DNA of 43,301 nucleotides. It comes from Planctomycetia bacterium. GTDB lineage: Bacteria; Planctomycetota; Planctomycetia; Gemmatales; Gemmataceae. The notes below the pieces were generated by a model. That model did not search any database. It was not told the DNA's origin and saw only the letters and a program-made list of their open reading frames with translations. The DNA is taken from contig RGDT01000001.1 in assembly GCA_009918525.1 (NCBI GenBank), positions 1 to 43,301 on the forward strand, written 5' to 3'. This document shows positions 1 through 8,958 of this stretch, in pieces. Each line of letters begins with the position of its first letter. Position 1 is the stretch's first letter. Position numbers and translations under genes: made by a program.

Positions 1-774
1 GGAATCGATGCTGTGTGTCATTTCGATGGAGACACGTTCGCTGCTAAGCGGTTCTACGTCGTTGATCGTAACACCGGGTAACCATTGATGACGTCGTCCG
101 GCATCTGGTCGAGCGGTGCCGCCCCAATGACGCTGAGCGGTGTTACCCGCGCTGGCGATAAATAAGATGTCGTTGCCCAGGATGTCCTTGAGTTCCTGAT
201 GCACGGGGCCGCATCCTTCACCATCACTCCAGCCAGGCATGATCATCGAGCAGGAAATCACCTTGGCTCCTTGCTCCTTGGCCCAGCGAACTGCGTTGAG
301 AAACGCTTTCGGTGATTCCGGCTCCCAGTTGGCCAACAAAAGGTTCGCGTCAGGAGCAAGGTGGTGGATGATTTCACCGCATAGAATTCCATGCTGACTG
401 TCACGGGACTCGATATTCTCATCTTTGCGAAACGATTTTGCGACCGCTCCATCAGGTAAAGCTTTACCACGTGCAGTTGACCAATCTTTAAGACCCGAGT
501 CGAGAACGGCAACTTTGATACCCTTACCGCGTCGTCCGGCCCGATGCCAGTCCCGCACGCCTAGAGTCGCCAACGCGCGAGCTAACGCCGCACGTTCGTC
601 AGTGGGTTCCAAGAGTCGAACCGGCGTACGTCTTACCCTTTCCCAAAGGGAAAAGTATACCGGCTCCTCAGTCAGATCGGGATGCGTTGGTGAGGGATAT
701 GACAATCCCCAACCACACAGGAATGCCAAGAAAAAGAAGACCAACAGAGGTCTTCTCGCAGTGAAGAGCTTCAT
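1..774 (-). CDS. Subtilisin-like serine peptidase (MEROPS S8), N-terminal part; the 3' end runs off the window
   Basis: Absent from the ORF track because it is open at the window edge. My reverse-strand translation from the ATG at 772-774 gives MKLFTARRPLLVFFFLAFLCGWG (signal peptide), GKGIKVAVLDSG (Asp box), SQHGILCGEI (His box) and ASAGNTAQ (oxyanion Asn). The frame stays open to nt 1. Confidence 0.8.
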   Translation of the reverse strand, partial: MKLFTARRPLLVFFFLAFLCGWGLSYPSPTHPDLTEEPVYFSLWERVRRTPVRLLEPTDERAALARALATLGVRDWHRAGRRGKGIKVAVLDSGLKDWSTARGKALPDGAVAKSFRKDENIESRDSQHGILCGEIIHHLAPDANLLLANWEPESPKAFLNAVRWAKEQGAKVISCSMIMPGWSDGEGCGPVHQELKDILGNDILFIASAGNTAQRHWGGTARPDAGRRHQWLPGVTINDVEPLSSERVSIEMTHSIDS

Positions 775-1042
775 GTTGCGATCGCCATGCAAAGAAGATC
801 AGTTGAAGTATACTCGGGCTGCGTTCTTCGGAACTGATCGGATTGCGGACGCACACCACTTCGCTGCGATCAGTGAGCATACCCTATCCACGGACTTTAG
901 GCTCCCACCATTGAAATAAACCAGCGTACATGATGAATAAAGAAATGTGGGGTTAAATTGCCCAAGTTACGACAATTCCTAGGTGTAGTGAATTTGTGTT
1001 CATTTTTCATGAGCAGCATTCTTGTGACATATCTGCCTCTCA

Positions 1043-1057
1043 TTTGACGATGTCAAA
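1043..1057. promoter_or_regulatory. 15-bp palindrome in the divergent S8-peptidase / sigma54-activator intergenic region
   Basis: TTTGAC-GAT-GTCAAA has 6-bp perfect arms and lies about 90 nt upstream of ATG 1147. Each arm also contains a TTGAC -35-like element on its own strand. Confidence 0.3.
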
Positions 1058-1146
1058 ATAAAGAATCTAACAGTTAAAGGACTGTCTTGCGATTAGCGTT
1101 TGGCCGTGTCATACTAAGCATACTCATCAGCGCAGGAAGGACCGAG

Positions 1147-3135
1147 ATGGCCGGTATGACCAATGCTACCGCTTTCCTCGTAGTCCGCCGCGACGACGGT
1201 TTCGGCGATGTCTTTGCGCTCGTCCCTGGGCAAAGCTATACCCTCGGTCGAGCGGCGACAAACAGTATCGTTTTGAAAGACGATATGGCTAGCCGTGACC
1301 ACTCCGAAGTATCATTCGGCAGTGGGCACTGGCGCGTCCGTGACATGGGTAGTCTGAACGGTACCCGCGTCAATGGTGAACGGATCATCGGCGAACGCAA
1401 TCTATCGGTCAAAGATGAAATTCATGTCGGCCGTACACATTTGATCTTTATCGAGCATATGGATCAGTTACCCGACATTCCTACAGCTCCGATGGATTCA
1501 TCGCAAGGCGAAGCCAAAGATCCCGATATGGCGATTCGAAAACGGCTGGGGCACACACGGTTTCTCACGCCCCACCCGCCTCTCGCAGCCGAGCAATTGC
1601 CTTCGGGCCGATCGCTCAGTCGCGACTTGGGAATCCTGTATCGCTTGGCAATGGACATGGCCGCCAGTGGCACGAACGAAGAATTGTGTCAGTTGGTAGT
1701 AGACGCCCTGCTTGAAGCAACTCCAGCGGAAGTCGGAGCAATTCTTATTCTTCCTGCTCGCGTATCGGGACGTGGTAAAGAACCAACGACTGGGCCTAAG
1801 TCATTGCGAGGCGCTGAACTGGAGATCGTTGCAAACAAACATCGCGACCCCAGTGTGAAGTCCTATCAACGGGTGAGCGAGTACGTCAGTAATGAGGTTT
1901 TGGGTACTCGTGAAGCGATCTTGGCCGAGGATGTGAAGAGTAATCGGTTGCTACGAAATCGCGAGAGCCTATCGGACATCGGAGTTAAAAGTCTCATTTG
2001 CGCCCCCGTGATGTACGCCGACCGCGTTTTTGGTCTGATTCATTTGTACAGCACCATCCTGCACAAATCGTTGGATGCTGATGACCTGGAATTTACTGTG
2101 GCGGTTTCCAAACAATTGGGCGGCGCATTTGCCAACCTAACGCGCCAGCAGTCGCTAAAAAATGAAAATCGTGAACTGCGCGGCCAGTTGAAGGTCGAAA
2201 GCGAGTTGGTCGGTACCAGCGGCCCCCTGAAAGAGATTGAGCGGCAAATTGCATTAGTGGCGAGCACCAACGCGACTTGCTTGATTCGTGGCGAAAGTGG
2301 CGTTGGTAAAGAGCTTGTTGCACGAGCGGTTCACTTCAGCAGTCCGCGCCGCGATGGCCCTTTCGTATGCCTGAACTGTGCTGCTCTAACAGAAACGCTT
2401 TTGGAAAGTGAACTATTCGGACATGAAAAAGGTAGCTTTACTGGAGCGACCGAGAAGAAAATTGGCAAATTTGAAGCTGCCAATCATGGCACCATCTTTC
2501 TCGACGAGATCGGCGAAATGACGGTCGGGACCCAGGCGAAATTGCTTCGAATTCTTGAGGGACATCCCTACGAGCGTGTCGGTGGCAATGTGCCTATTCG
2601 CGTGGATGTAAGAGTCGTCTCGGCTACGAATAAACCTTTGGAAGAAGCGGTCCGGGAGGGGAGCTTCCGGCGCGATCTGTTTTACCGTCTTCAGGTTGTG
2701 GAAATTCGCATTCCGCCGTTACGCGATCGCAAGGACGACATTCGTCTACTGGCCGATCATTTTCTGACACGCTTTGTGCGCGAGACCGGCCGGAAGATTC
2801 GCGGTTTTTCGGATGCTGCCTACAACAAATTGGCCGCGTATGATTGGCCGGGTAATGTTCGAGAATTGCGAAACGTCGTTGAACGTGCTGTGGCGTTGGG
2901 TAGTGGCCCTACTTTGGACGCTGAGGATCTTTGGCTTTCGTCATTGTCATTTGCATCAGCTTCGACGACTACAAGCGCCGAATTCGAGCCTCACTCACTT
3001 GAAGAGATGGAAAAGCGACATATCACGCGGACTTTAGACCATACGGACTGGAACAAGAGTCAGGCCGCGAAAATTTTAGGAATTGAACGCTCAACGCTGG
3101 ATCGAAAAATTACCGCTTACGGGCTGAAACGCTGA
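1147..3135 (+). CDS. Sigma-54-dependent transcriptional activator with N-terminal FHA domain, central GAF-like domain, AAA+ domain and C-terminal Fis-type HTH
   Basis: FHA-like N-terminus ([25 protein letters not shown]...[11 protein letters not shown]). Walker A GESGVGKE, sigma54-contact loop [15 protein letters not shown], Walker [10 protein letters not shown], and [27 protein letters not shown] 1147 is preferred over TTG 1087 because AGGAAGGA lies 5-12 nt upstream. Confidence 0.9.
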   Translation: MAGMTNATAFLVVRRDDGFGDVFALVPGQSYTLGRAATNSIVLKDDMASRDHSEVSFGSGHWRVRDMGSLNGTRVNGERIIGERNLSVKDEIHVGRTHLIFIEHMDQLPDIPTAPMDSSQGEAKDPDMAIRKRLGHTRFLTPHPPLAAEQLPSGRSLSRDLGILYRLAMDMAASGTNEELCQLVVDALLEATPAEVGAILILPARVSGRGKEPTTGPKSLRGAELEIVANKHRDPSVKSYQRVSEYVSNEVLGTREAILAEDVKSNRLLRNRESLSDIGVKSLICAPVMYADRVFGLIHLYSTILHKSLDADDLEFTVAVSKQLGGAFANLTRQQSLKNENRELRGQLKVESELVGTSGPLKEIERQIALVASTNATCLIRGESGVGKELVARAVHFSSPRRDGPFVCLNCAALTETLLESELFGHEKGSFTGATEKKIGKFEAANHGTIFLDEIGEMTVGTQAKLLRILEGHPYERVGGNVPIRVDVRVVSATNKPLEEAVREGSFRRDLFYRLQVVEIRIPPLRDRKDDIRLLADHFLTRFVRETGRKIRGFSDAAYNKLAAYDWPGNVRELRNVVERAVALGSGPTLDAEDLWLSSLSFASASTTTSAEFEPHSLEEMEKRHITRTLDHTDWNKSQAAKILGIERSTLDRKITAYGLKR

Positions 3136-3370
3136 GTGTTCATCGCAATTCTTCGACTTTCTAGCTGACGATTATCAATTCACGAAATCGAAAGCTAGGC
3201 GTGGCTTATCTACCTACTCTTTTATCTATCGTCGATGGAAAAGACTTGCACAAACTGAATCACCGGCAAAACCGGTATCCATTACCTGCTTTGCCGAGTC
3301 GTTAATGTCTTTCCACATTGAGATTCATCTTTAAGCGGGATAAATTATTCAAATTAGGTAGTATGTCAAT

Positions 3371-3859
3371 GTGCTCCCAGAGGTGCGGCAAATCATGATT
3401 GGCAGTAATCCTTCTCCACAGTTAGACCAACTGGCTCAGCATATGTTTAACGTGGTTACGCGGTTTTGTCTGGCCGTGCCACGTGGAAAGCGACGTTCGG
3501 GCGAACTAAAGGAAATCGAGTTTCTTGCTCTTTCCTTGCTTCACGAGCATCAAACGATGATAGTCGGAGATATACAGCGGCAGCTTCGTGTATTGCCCGC
3601 TCAAATGTCTCGTGTAATTCGTTCCCTGGAAGCTCGCGAACGACCTCTCATCATTTGCCGTATCAACCCCAACGATAAACGAAAAATTGATGTTTGTCTT
3701 ACTCCTGAAGGCACAGCTGCATTCAAAGAATATCAGTCGCTTCGCGTGCAAACCATTTCATCGGTATTGCAACATCTTGGTGTGAATGAACAACAAGACT
3801 TGGGCCGTTTGATTGATCGGCTTAATGAATCATTGCAAACCAAGATGGTTATGGCGTGA
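3371..3859 (+). CDS. MarR-family winged-helix transcriptional regulator
   Basis: Size about 155-162 aa. Typical MarR core IEFLALSLLHEHQTMIVGDIQRQLRVLPAQMSRVIRSLEARERPLIICRINPNDKRKIDVCLTPEG. The start is ambiguous (GTG 3371 or ATG 3395). Confidence 0.8.
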   Translation: MLPEVRQIMIGSNPSPQLDQLAQHMFNVVTRFCLAVPRGKRRSGELKEIEFLALSLLHEHQTMIVGDIQRQLRVLPAQMSRVIRSLEARERPLIICRINPNDKRKIDVCLTPEGTAAFKEYQSLRVQTISSVLQHLGVNEQQDLGRLIDRLNESLQTKMVMA

Positions 3860-3919
3860 TAACCTGATTACCCAGATTACTGGAGAATTAGTTGGTGATA
3901 ATAAATTATGCTAATACTA

Positions 3920-4945
3920 TTATTTTTTCATCGCATCGATAATTGCCTTTACCATCTCTGTAGTAGTTGCTTTTCCGCCCAAATCAACTGTCAAAAATTC
4001 CCTGGCCATTAGCACCTTGCCGATGGCCTGGTGGATACGAGTTGATACCTCGCTGTATCCGTGAGACTCCAGCATATCGCAGGCGGGTAAGAGTAAAGGT
4101 AACGGATTAGCTGTATTTTCCGGTATCACTTCGCGTCCTGCCCCATGGAAAGATTCATAGACTCGGATCGAGTCGCCCACATTGATACCACGCGTTGCAC
4201 TGATCCCGCCAACAATCCCGGCTCCCAGATCGCTCACAAGGTCGCCGTATAAATTACCCATTACTAATACGTCAAATTGTTGCGGTTTTGAAACCATCTG
4301 CATGCAACAGTTATCGATGATTAAATCTCGACACTGAAATCGGCCTTTGTGCTCTTCAGCGATTCGGTTGAATTCCGATAGAAATAGTCCGTCTGCTTGT
4401 TTGAGAATGTTCGCTTTGTGGACGCACGCGATCTGTTTGCGGCCCTGCTCGCCAGCGAAGGCAAACGCAAAGCGGAGGAACCGGTCAGTGGCGTCTCGCG
4501 TGACGACTTTGATCGACTGGACTACACCCGGCACGATTTCGTGTTCGATAGCCGAGTAAAGGTCCTCAGTGATCTCACGAATGACGATCAGATCGACATT
4601 CGAGAAGCGAGCAGTCAAGCCCGGTAAATTTTTCAATCGCCGAACCGTTGCGAACAATCCTAACGCTTTACGAAGTTGTACGTTGTAGTTGCCCGTACTT
4701 TTTTTGCCGACAACCTCGACACCGGGTGGACGTAATAACTTCGTCTTGAGAGCTACCTTGCGCTCGTGTACCGAGTCGAGCAAGGCACCAGAGATTGCCG
4801 GACCACCTTTTTCAACGGCAGCCCATCCGGCAATGTGTTCGTCCCATTCGATGGCTACACCAGCTGCGTCAAGAATGGCTTTGACGGCTGGTACTTGGTC
4901 CAGTCCGCTACCACCGCCTTGAATCAGTGTGACTCGGAGGGTCAT
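3920..4945 (-). CDS. Divergent isocitrate/isopropylmalate dehydrogenase-family protein (possible non-catalytic or regulatory paralog)
   Basis: Family motifs are retained (IREITEDLYSAIEH, VHKANIL, NLYGDLVSDLGAGIVGG). The nucleotide-binding motifs are altered: GGGSGLD instead of GDGIGPE, and HGAGREVIPE instead of HGTAPDIAGK. It lies 6 nt downstream of the canonical paralog. Confidence 0.8.
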   Translation of the reverse strand: MTLRVTLIQGGGSGLDQVPAVKAILDAAGVAIEWDEHIAGWAAVEKGGPAISGALLDSVHERKVALKTKLLRPPGVEVVGKKSTGNYNVQLRKALGLFATVRRLKNLPGLTARFSNVDLIVIREITEDLYSAIEHEIVPGVVQSIKVVTRDATDRFLRFAFAFAGEQGRKQIACVHKANILKQADGLFLSEFNRIAEEHKGRFQCRDLIIDNCCMQMVSKPQQFDVLVMGNLYGDLVSDLGAGIVGGISATRGINVGDSIRVYESFHGAGREVIPENTANPLPLLLPACDMLESHGYSEVSTRIHQAIGKVLMAREFLTVDLGGKATTTEMVKAIIDAMKK

Positions 4946-4951
4946 GGTCGA

Positions 4952-5953
4952 TTACCCCAGGTTACTCACGATGGCCTTGGTGATAGTTGCGGTGTTGCCT
5001 TCGCCGCCTAAATCGCGTGTCAAGCCAACACGGTTCCGCAGCGTCTCGCGAACAGCGTGTTGCACTTTGGTCGCAATCTTCAGCTGCCCAATATGTTCGA
5101 GCATCAGAGCGGCTGACAGAATGAGGGCAATAGGATTGGCAACACCTTTACCCGCAATGTCAGGTGCAGTGCCGTGAACCGCCTCGAAGACTGCATAACG
5201 AACGCCGATATTCGCACCGGGCACCAGCCCCAAACCGCCAACTAGACCTGCGCAAAGATCGCTCAGCACATCGCCGAACAGGTTTTCCATCACGAGGACA
5301 TCGTATCGGGATGGATCTTGCGCCAGTGCCATACACAATCGATCGACGTGTATTTCACCAAACCTTACGAAGGGATACTCGTCGGCCACCTCACGGGCCA
5401 CGCTGAGAAACAATCCATCTGACAACGGCATAACGTCGGCTTTATGGCAAAACGTGACACTTTCGCGGCCCTGACGCCGAGCTAACTCAAACGCATAGCG
5501 AACGATTCGTTCGCAAGCGGTACGAGTTACAATTCTCAGGCTTTCGACGATACCGGGGACGACGATATGTTCTTGCCCCGAGTACAACCCCTCGGTATTC
5601 TCGCGGACCACTACTAGATCTACATTATCATAAGGCACATTAACGCCGGGTAAAGTAGCCACGGGCCGAACGCTAGCATACAGATCCAAGTCCTGACGCA
5701 TCTTGACGTTGATGGACCTGAACCCCTTACCGATGGGCGTGGTGCAGGGGCCTTTCAGTGCCACCCGGTATCGCCGCACCTGATCGAGTGTCTCGTTAGG
5801 AAGAGGATCGCCGAACCGTTCGACGGCTGGTAGCCCCGCGAGAGACTCCACCCATGTTACGTCCGCACCGGCAGCGGCGAGAACTTCTTTCATAGCCACG
5901 GTCACTTCTGGGCCTATTCCATCCCCCGGGATGAGGACGACTGGCGTAGACAT
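4952..5953 (-). CDS. NAD-type isocitrate dehydrogenase-like enzyme (isocitrate/isopropylmalate dehydrogenase family, canonical motifs)
   Basis: GDGIGPEV, RSINVKMR, SVRP, VRENTEGLYSGQEH, HKADVM, NLFGDVLSDLCAGLVGGLG and HGTAPDIAGKGVANP closely follow the eukaryotic IDH3-alpha / bacterial NAD-IDH pattern. GGAG lies 10 nt upstream of the ATG. Confidence 0.85.
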   Translation of the reverse strand: MSTPVVLIPGDGIGPEVTVAMKEVLAAAGADVTWVESLAGLPAVERFGDPLPNETLDQVRRYRVALKGPCTTPIGKGFRSINVKMRQDLDLYASVRPVATLPGVNVPYDNVDLVVVRENTEGLYSGQEHIVVPGIVESLRIVTRTACERIVRYAFELARRQGRESVTFCHKADVMPLSDGLFLSVAREVADEYPFVRFGEIHVDRLCMALAQDPSRYDVLVMENLFGDVLSDLCAGLVGGLGLVPGANIGVRYAVFEAVHGTAPDIAGKGVANPIALILSAALMLEHIGQLKIATKVQHAVRETLRNRVGLTRDLGGEGNTATITKAIVSNLG

Positions 5954-5960
5954 AGCGTCA

Positions 5961-7550
5961 TTACTCCGCTTTGACGGGGACTACTGCCGATTGTAGGATA
6001 GTCAACGATTTGTCGTCTTGAATAAACGCGACGACGCTTAGTTCTTTCAATTCCATCGGTCGAGCGTCGTCTGGGAACGGTCGCTTTTCGTTGGACATTT
6101 TTAGGTAGTTTGACAATTTCTTTTTAACCTCCGCCACGTCTAGCGTGAAGGGGTATTTGCCTTCCTTGTCCTTCATGACCGCACCCGCATCGCCGCCTGC
6201 CATGTGCCGAACAACGTAGTGATGTCGGGCTAAGCCATTTCGGCCCTTGTATTCCACTTCTTTTTCGACCAAGAGGACCCTTAACCGCAACTCGTCGCCG
6301 CCCTTTTTCAATCCGGAGACGTTCGCCTCGATAGCAATCTTGTCCCCCTTTCGCGATGCTTTCAGGTCAATTTTTGCTTCGGCTTCTTTCTCGAGTAGCG
6401 ATTCGATCATATCGCGATACTCGTCATATTTTTCCGTCGCGTCTTCGGTGTCGCCACCGCCCGGAGCGCCTTTCTTGCCGTTGAAGAAAATAGTCGGGGT
6501 AGCGTCGGCATCTTCGTAGAAATTGAAGCGAGCTTCGCTGTCAGCGTTGGTGAGCGGGTCAGGTCCAGGTACGTGAACGTGGTACTGAAGCAATACGGCC
6601 TCGCTGGCCTTGAACGTCTCGCCAAGGGCGTCGAACGCTAGATCGGCCGCGACGCACGGAGGGCATTGCGCTCCGGTGAATAACTCGACTAATACGGCTC
6701 GATCGCTCTTTCCCTTGCGACCGGCATACGCCTTAGGCTTGATGCGGAAGTCTAGTTTTTTTAGTTTCGCCAGCAGTTCTTTTGCTTCGTCCTCCTTGCC
6801 GGATTTTTCCAAAGCAGCTGCGAGTGCCGAAAATACGCGTTTTTGAACGGCAGGTGGTTCTTTGCCTTCGAGCGTTCGTTCGGCTCGACGAGCGTACTGC
6901 ACGGCTATTGGGGCGAGTTCTTTTTCGTCGGAAAGGAGTTCAGCTACGGTGAGAAGAATATCTCGCTGCCAAGTGGCTCCATAAAGATCGGCTGACCGTA
7001 CAGCCTTCTCGGCCCAGGCTCGAACCTCAGCCGGTTTAGCCTTTTTTGATGCCGCTTGACTGAGTAGATTCAACGCCATTTGGACGGCTTCAACACCCAA
7101 AGGCTTGCGGGTCAACTCATCCTTCATCAAATCGAACGGGTCGAGGGTGTTGATTCCCGTCCGCTCGAACTCGACCGGCGTCACCGTCTTACGCACCAAC
7201 GTCATCCCGAACATTTTGTCGGAGTTGCCTTCGGGAATTTTTAACTCGCAGGGAAAAGAAATTTCAGGCGTTTCGAGGCTGAACTTCATCTTTTCTTTTG
7301 TGACACTTAGCCCGGTTATCTTTCCTTTTGGCCATTTGGGAGCGGTATCGAGAACCTTGGCGTCGTAGATGTCGCCTTTTTTCTCGATGGTTACGAGCCA
7401 CAACGGTTGATTACCCGCACCGCGGAGCATAGGCAGCATCAGTTTCCATGTGCCGAGCGGCGGAAGGGGGGCGTCGTCTGCTTTATCCTGAGTGATGGCT
7501 GTGCCTAGGAGCAGCATACCGACCAGCAGAGCGATGCGGTAACGGGGCAT
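5961..7550 (-). CDS. Secreted hypothetical protein with a helical middle region and a thioredoxin-fold CxxC module (DUF1223-like)
   Basis: Signal peptide MPRYRIALLVGMLLLGTAITQ. The motif VLVELFTGAQCPPCVAAD resembles the DUF1223 ELFT..C..C signature. Start ATG 7550 is chosen because GGAGGA lies upstream; the track start at 7592 adds 14 unlikely residues. Confidence 0.6.
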   Translation of the reverse strand: MPRYRIALLVGMLLLGTAITQDKADDAPLPPLGTWKLMLPMLRGAGNQPLWLVTIEKKGDIYDAKVLDTAPKWPKGKITGLSVTKEKMKFSLETPEISFPCELKIPEGNSDKMFGMTLVRKTVTPVEFERTGINTLDPFDLMKDELTRKPLGVEAVQMALNLLSQAASKKAKPAEVRAWAEKAVRSADLYGATWQRDILLTVAELLSDEKELAPIAVQYARRAERTLEGKEPPAVQKRVFSALAAALEKSGKEDEAKELLAKLKKLDFRIKPKAYAGRKGKSDRAVLVELFTGAQCPPCVAADLAFDALGETFKASEAVLLQYHVHVPGPDPLTNADSEARFNFYEDADATPTIFFNGKKGAPGGGDTEDATEKYDEYRDMIESLLEKEAEAKIDLKASRKGDKIAIEANVSGLKKGGDELRLRVLLVEKEVEYKGRNGLARHHYVVRHMAGGDAGAVMKDKEGKYPFTLDVAEVKKKLSNYLKMSNEKRPFPDDARPMELKELSVVAFIQDDKSLTILQSAVVPVKAE

Positions 7551-7638
7551 CGGACCTTCCTCCATGTGAATGGTATCACCGGACGACAACACTCTTAGTG
7601 TATAAAGTATCGCTCGTTCGCCTTGGAGAACTTTTTCG

Positions 7639-8958
7639 ATGCACCACGACGCCCCCGTCGTTCCTACTAATCGGCCAACTACGTCTTTGGGTTGGGCGCT
7701 ATATCACTACGAACGGTTTCCGCTCGTCGGGAAAATCGTCATTGCGTTGTTACTTGGTGTTCTGGTTGGCTACGCAATGGGCAATAGTGCCGAGAAACTT
7801 GAACCATTTTACAAGCTCATCCTGCGGATGCTCGGCGCGCTGGCAACGCCTCTGATTTTTTTCGCCGTCGTTCATTCCATCCTGATGACCCGCGCTCGCG
7901 GGGTAATGGCCATTCGGATGTTTTGGCTATTGATGCTTAATACGGTCGTTGCCATTCTTGTGGGGATAGCGGTTGCCAACGTGATGCAGCCAGGCAAGAA
8001 CGCATCGCTCGATCTCAATCAAGCCAAAGTACCGGAACGCAAACCGTACAACATCGTCGATGATCTGCTTGGCAAGATTCCAACCAGCGTTATTAAGCCA
8101 TTTGTGGAAAATGACATTTTGGGAGTGATTTTTCTTGCTCTAGCGAGCGGTGTCGGCTTGCGTGCTGTCCGTGCCGGGATGATTCATCGCGGCAGTACCG
8201 CTTATCGGACCATCGAGGATGGCCTTGAGACAATCAATGTCTTAATTATGACCGTTTTACATTGGGTCATCGCCCTTGTCCCGCTCGCAGTGTTCGGTGT
8301 CGTGGCGCGCCTTGTTGGCACTGTTGGCTTATCGGGTTTCATTCCGATGGCCTGGTTCGTTCTGGCCGTCTTGGTGGCTCTAGGGATTCAGGCCGTATAC
8401 TATCTCGTGCGGCTGACGTTCTTTTCGCGTTTCACGTCATGGGAGTTTCTACGCGGTGCGGCCGATCCGCTGGCAATGGCGTTTTCCACGGCCAGCTCCG
8501 CCGCGACGATGCCGGTCACCTATGCAGCGGTTCGGAATAAGCTCGGTGTTAGGGACGAGGCAGCGAGTCTGGGTATTCTCGTCGGGGGAACATTCAACCA
8601 CGACGGAACTGCTTTGTACGAAGCGATGGCCGCCTTGTTCATTTCCCAGGTTATTGGACAAAATCTCGGTTTTAGCGATCAATTGATTTTGGTCGGTATG
8701 GCGGTCATCGCCTCCGTTGGGGCTGCGGGGATTCCTGAAGCGGGATTGGTGACGATGATTGCCGTCTTTTCGGCGGTCAAGTTACCCGTCGAATATATCC
8801 CCTTGTTGTTGACCGTGGATTGGTTCCTTGACCGCTGCCGCACGGCAATCAATGTGATGGGCGATATGACAGTAACCTGTATGCTCGATGGACCCATGGT
8901 GGAGGTATCAGATGAAGCGAATCGGGTTTCTCGTAGTGATGATTCTAGGAGGAGTTGA
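7639..8958 (+). CDS. Dicarboxylate/amino acid:cation symporter (DAACS family, GltP/DctA-like)
   Basis: Family signatures STASSAATMP, FNHDGTALYEAMAALF, GAAGIPEAGLVTM and DWFLDRCRTAINVMGDM, with multiple hydrophobic helices. Confidence 0.9.
   Translation: MHHDAPVVPTNRPTTSLGWALYHYERFPLVGKIVIALLLGVLVGYAMGNSAEKLEPFYKLILRMLGALATPLIFFAVVHSILMTRARGVMAIRMFWLLMLNTVVAILVGIAVANVMQPGKNASLDLNQAKVPERKPYNIVDDLLGKIPTSVIKPFVENDILGVIFLALASGVGLRAVRAGMIHRGSTAYRTIEDGLETINVLIMTVLHWVIALVPLAVFGVVARLVGTVGLSGFIPMAWFVLAVLVALGIQAVYYLVRLTFFSRFTSWEFLRGAADPLAMAFSTASSAATMPVTYAAVRNKLGVRDEAASLGILVGGTFNHDGTALYEAMAALFISQVIGQNLGFSDQLILVGMAVIASVGAAGIPEAGLVTMIAVFSAVKLPVEYIPLLLTVDWFLDRCRTAINVMGDMTVTCMLDGPMVEVSDEANRVSRSDDSRRS

Noticed and set aside
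425-919. 164-aa plus-strand ORF at the left edge
   Set aside because: It lies antisense to the S8 peptidase reading frame, which shows catalytic Asp and His boxes. Its own translation is Arg/Ser/Ala-rich with no motif.
3862-3885. Duplicated GATTAC motif (CTGATTACCCAGATTACTGG) between MarR and the IDH-like gene, considered as an operator or terminator
   Set aside because: It is a short direct repeat and not an inverted repeat. It forms no stable stem and lies downstream of both convergent genes.
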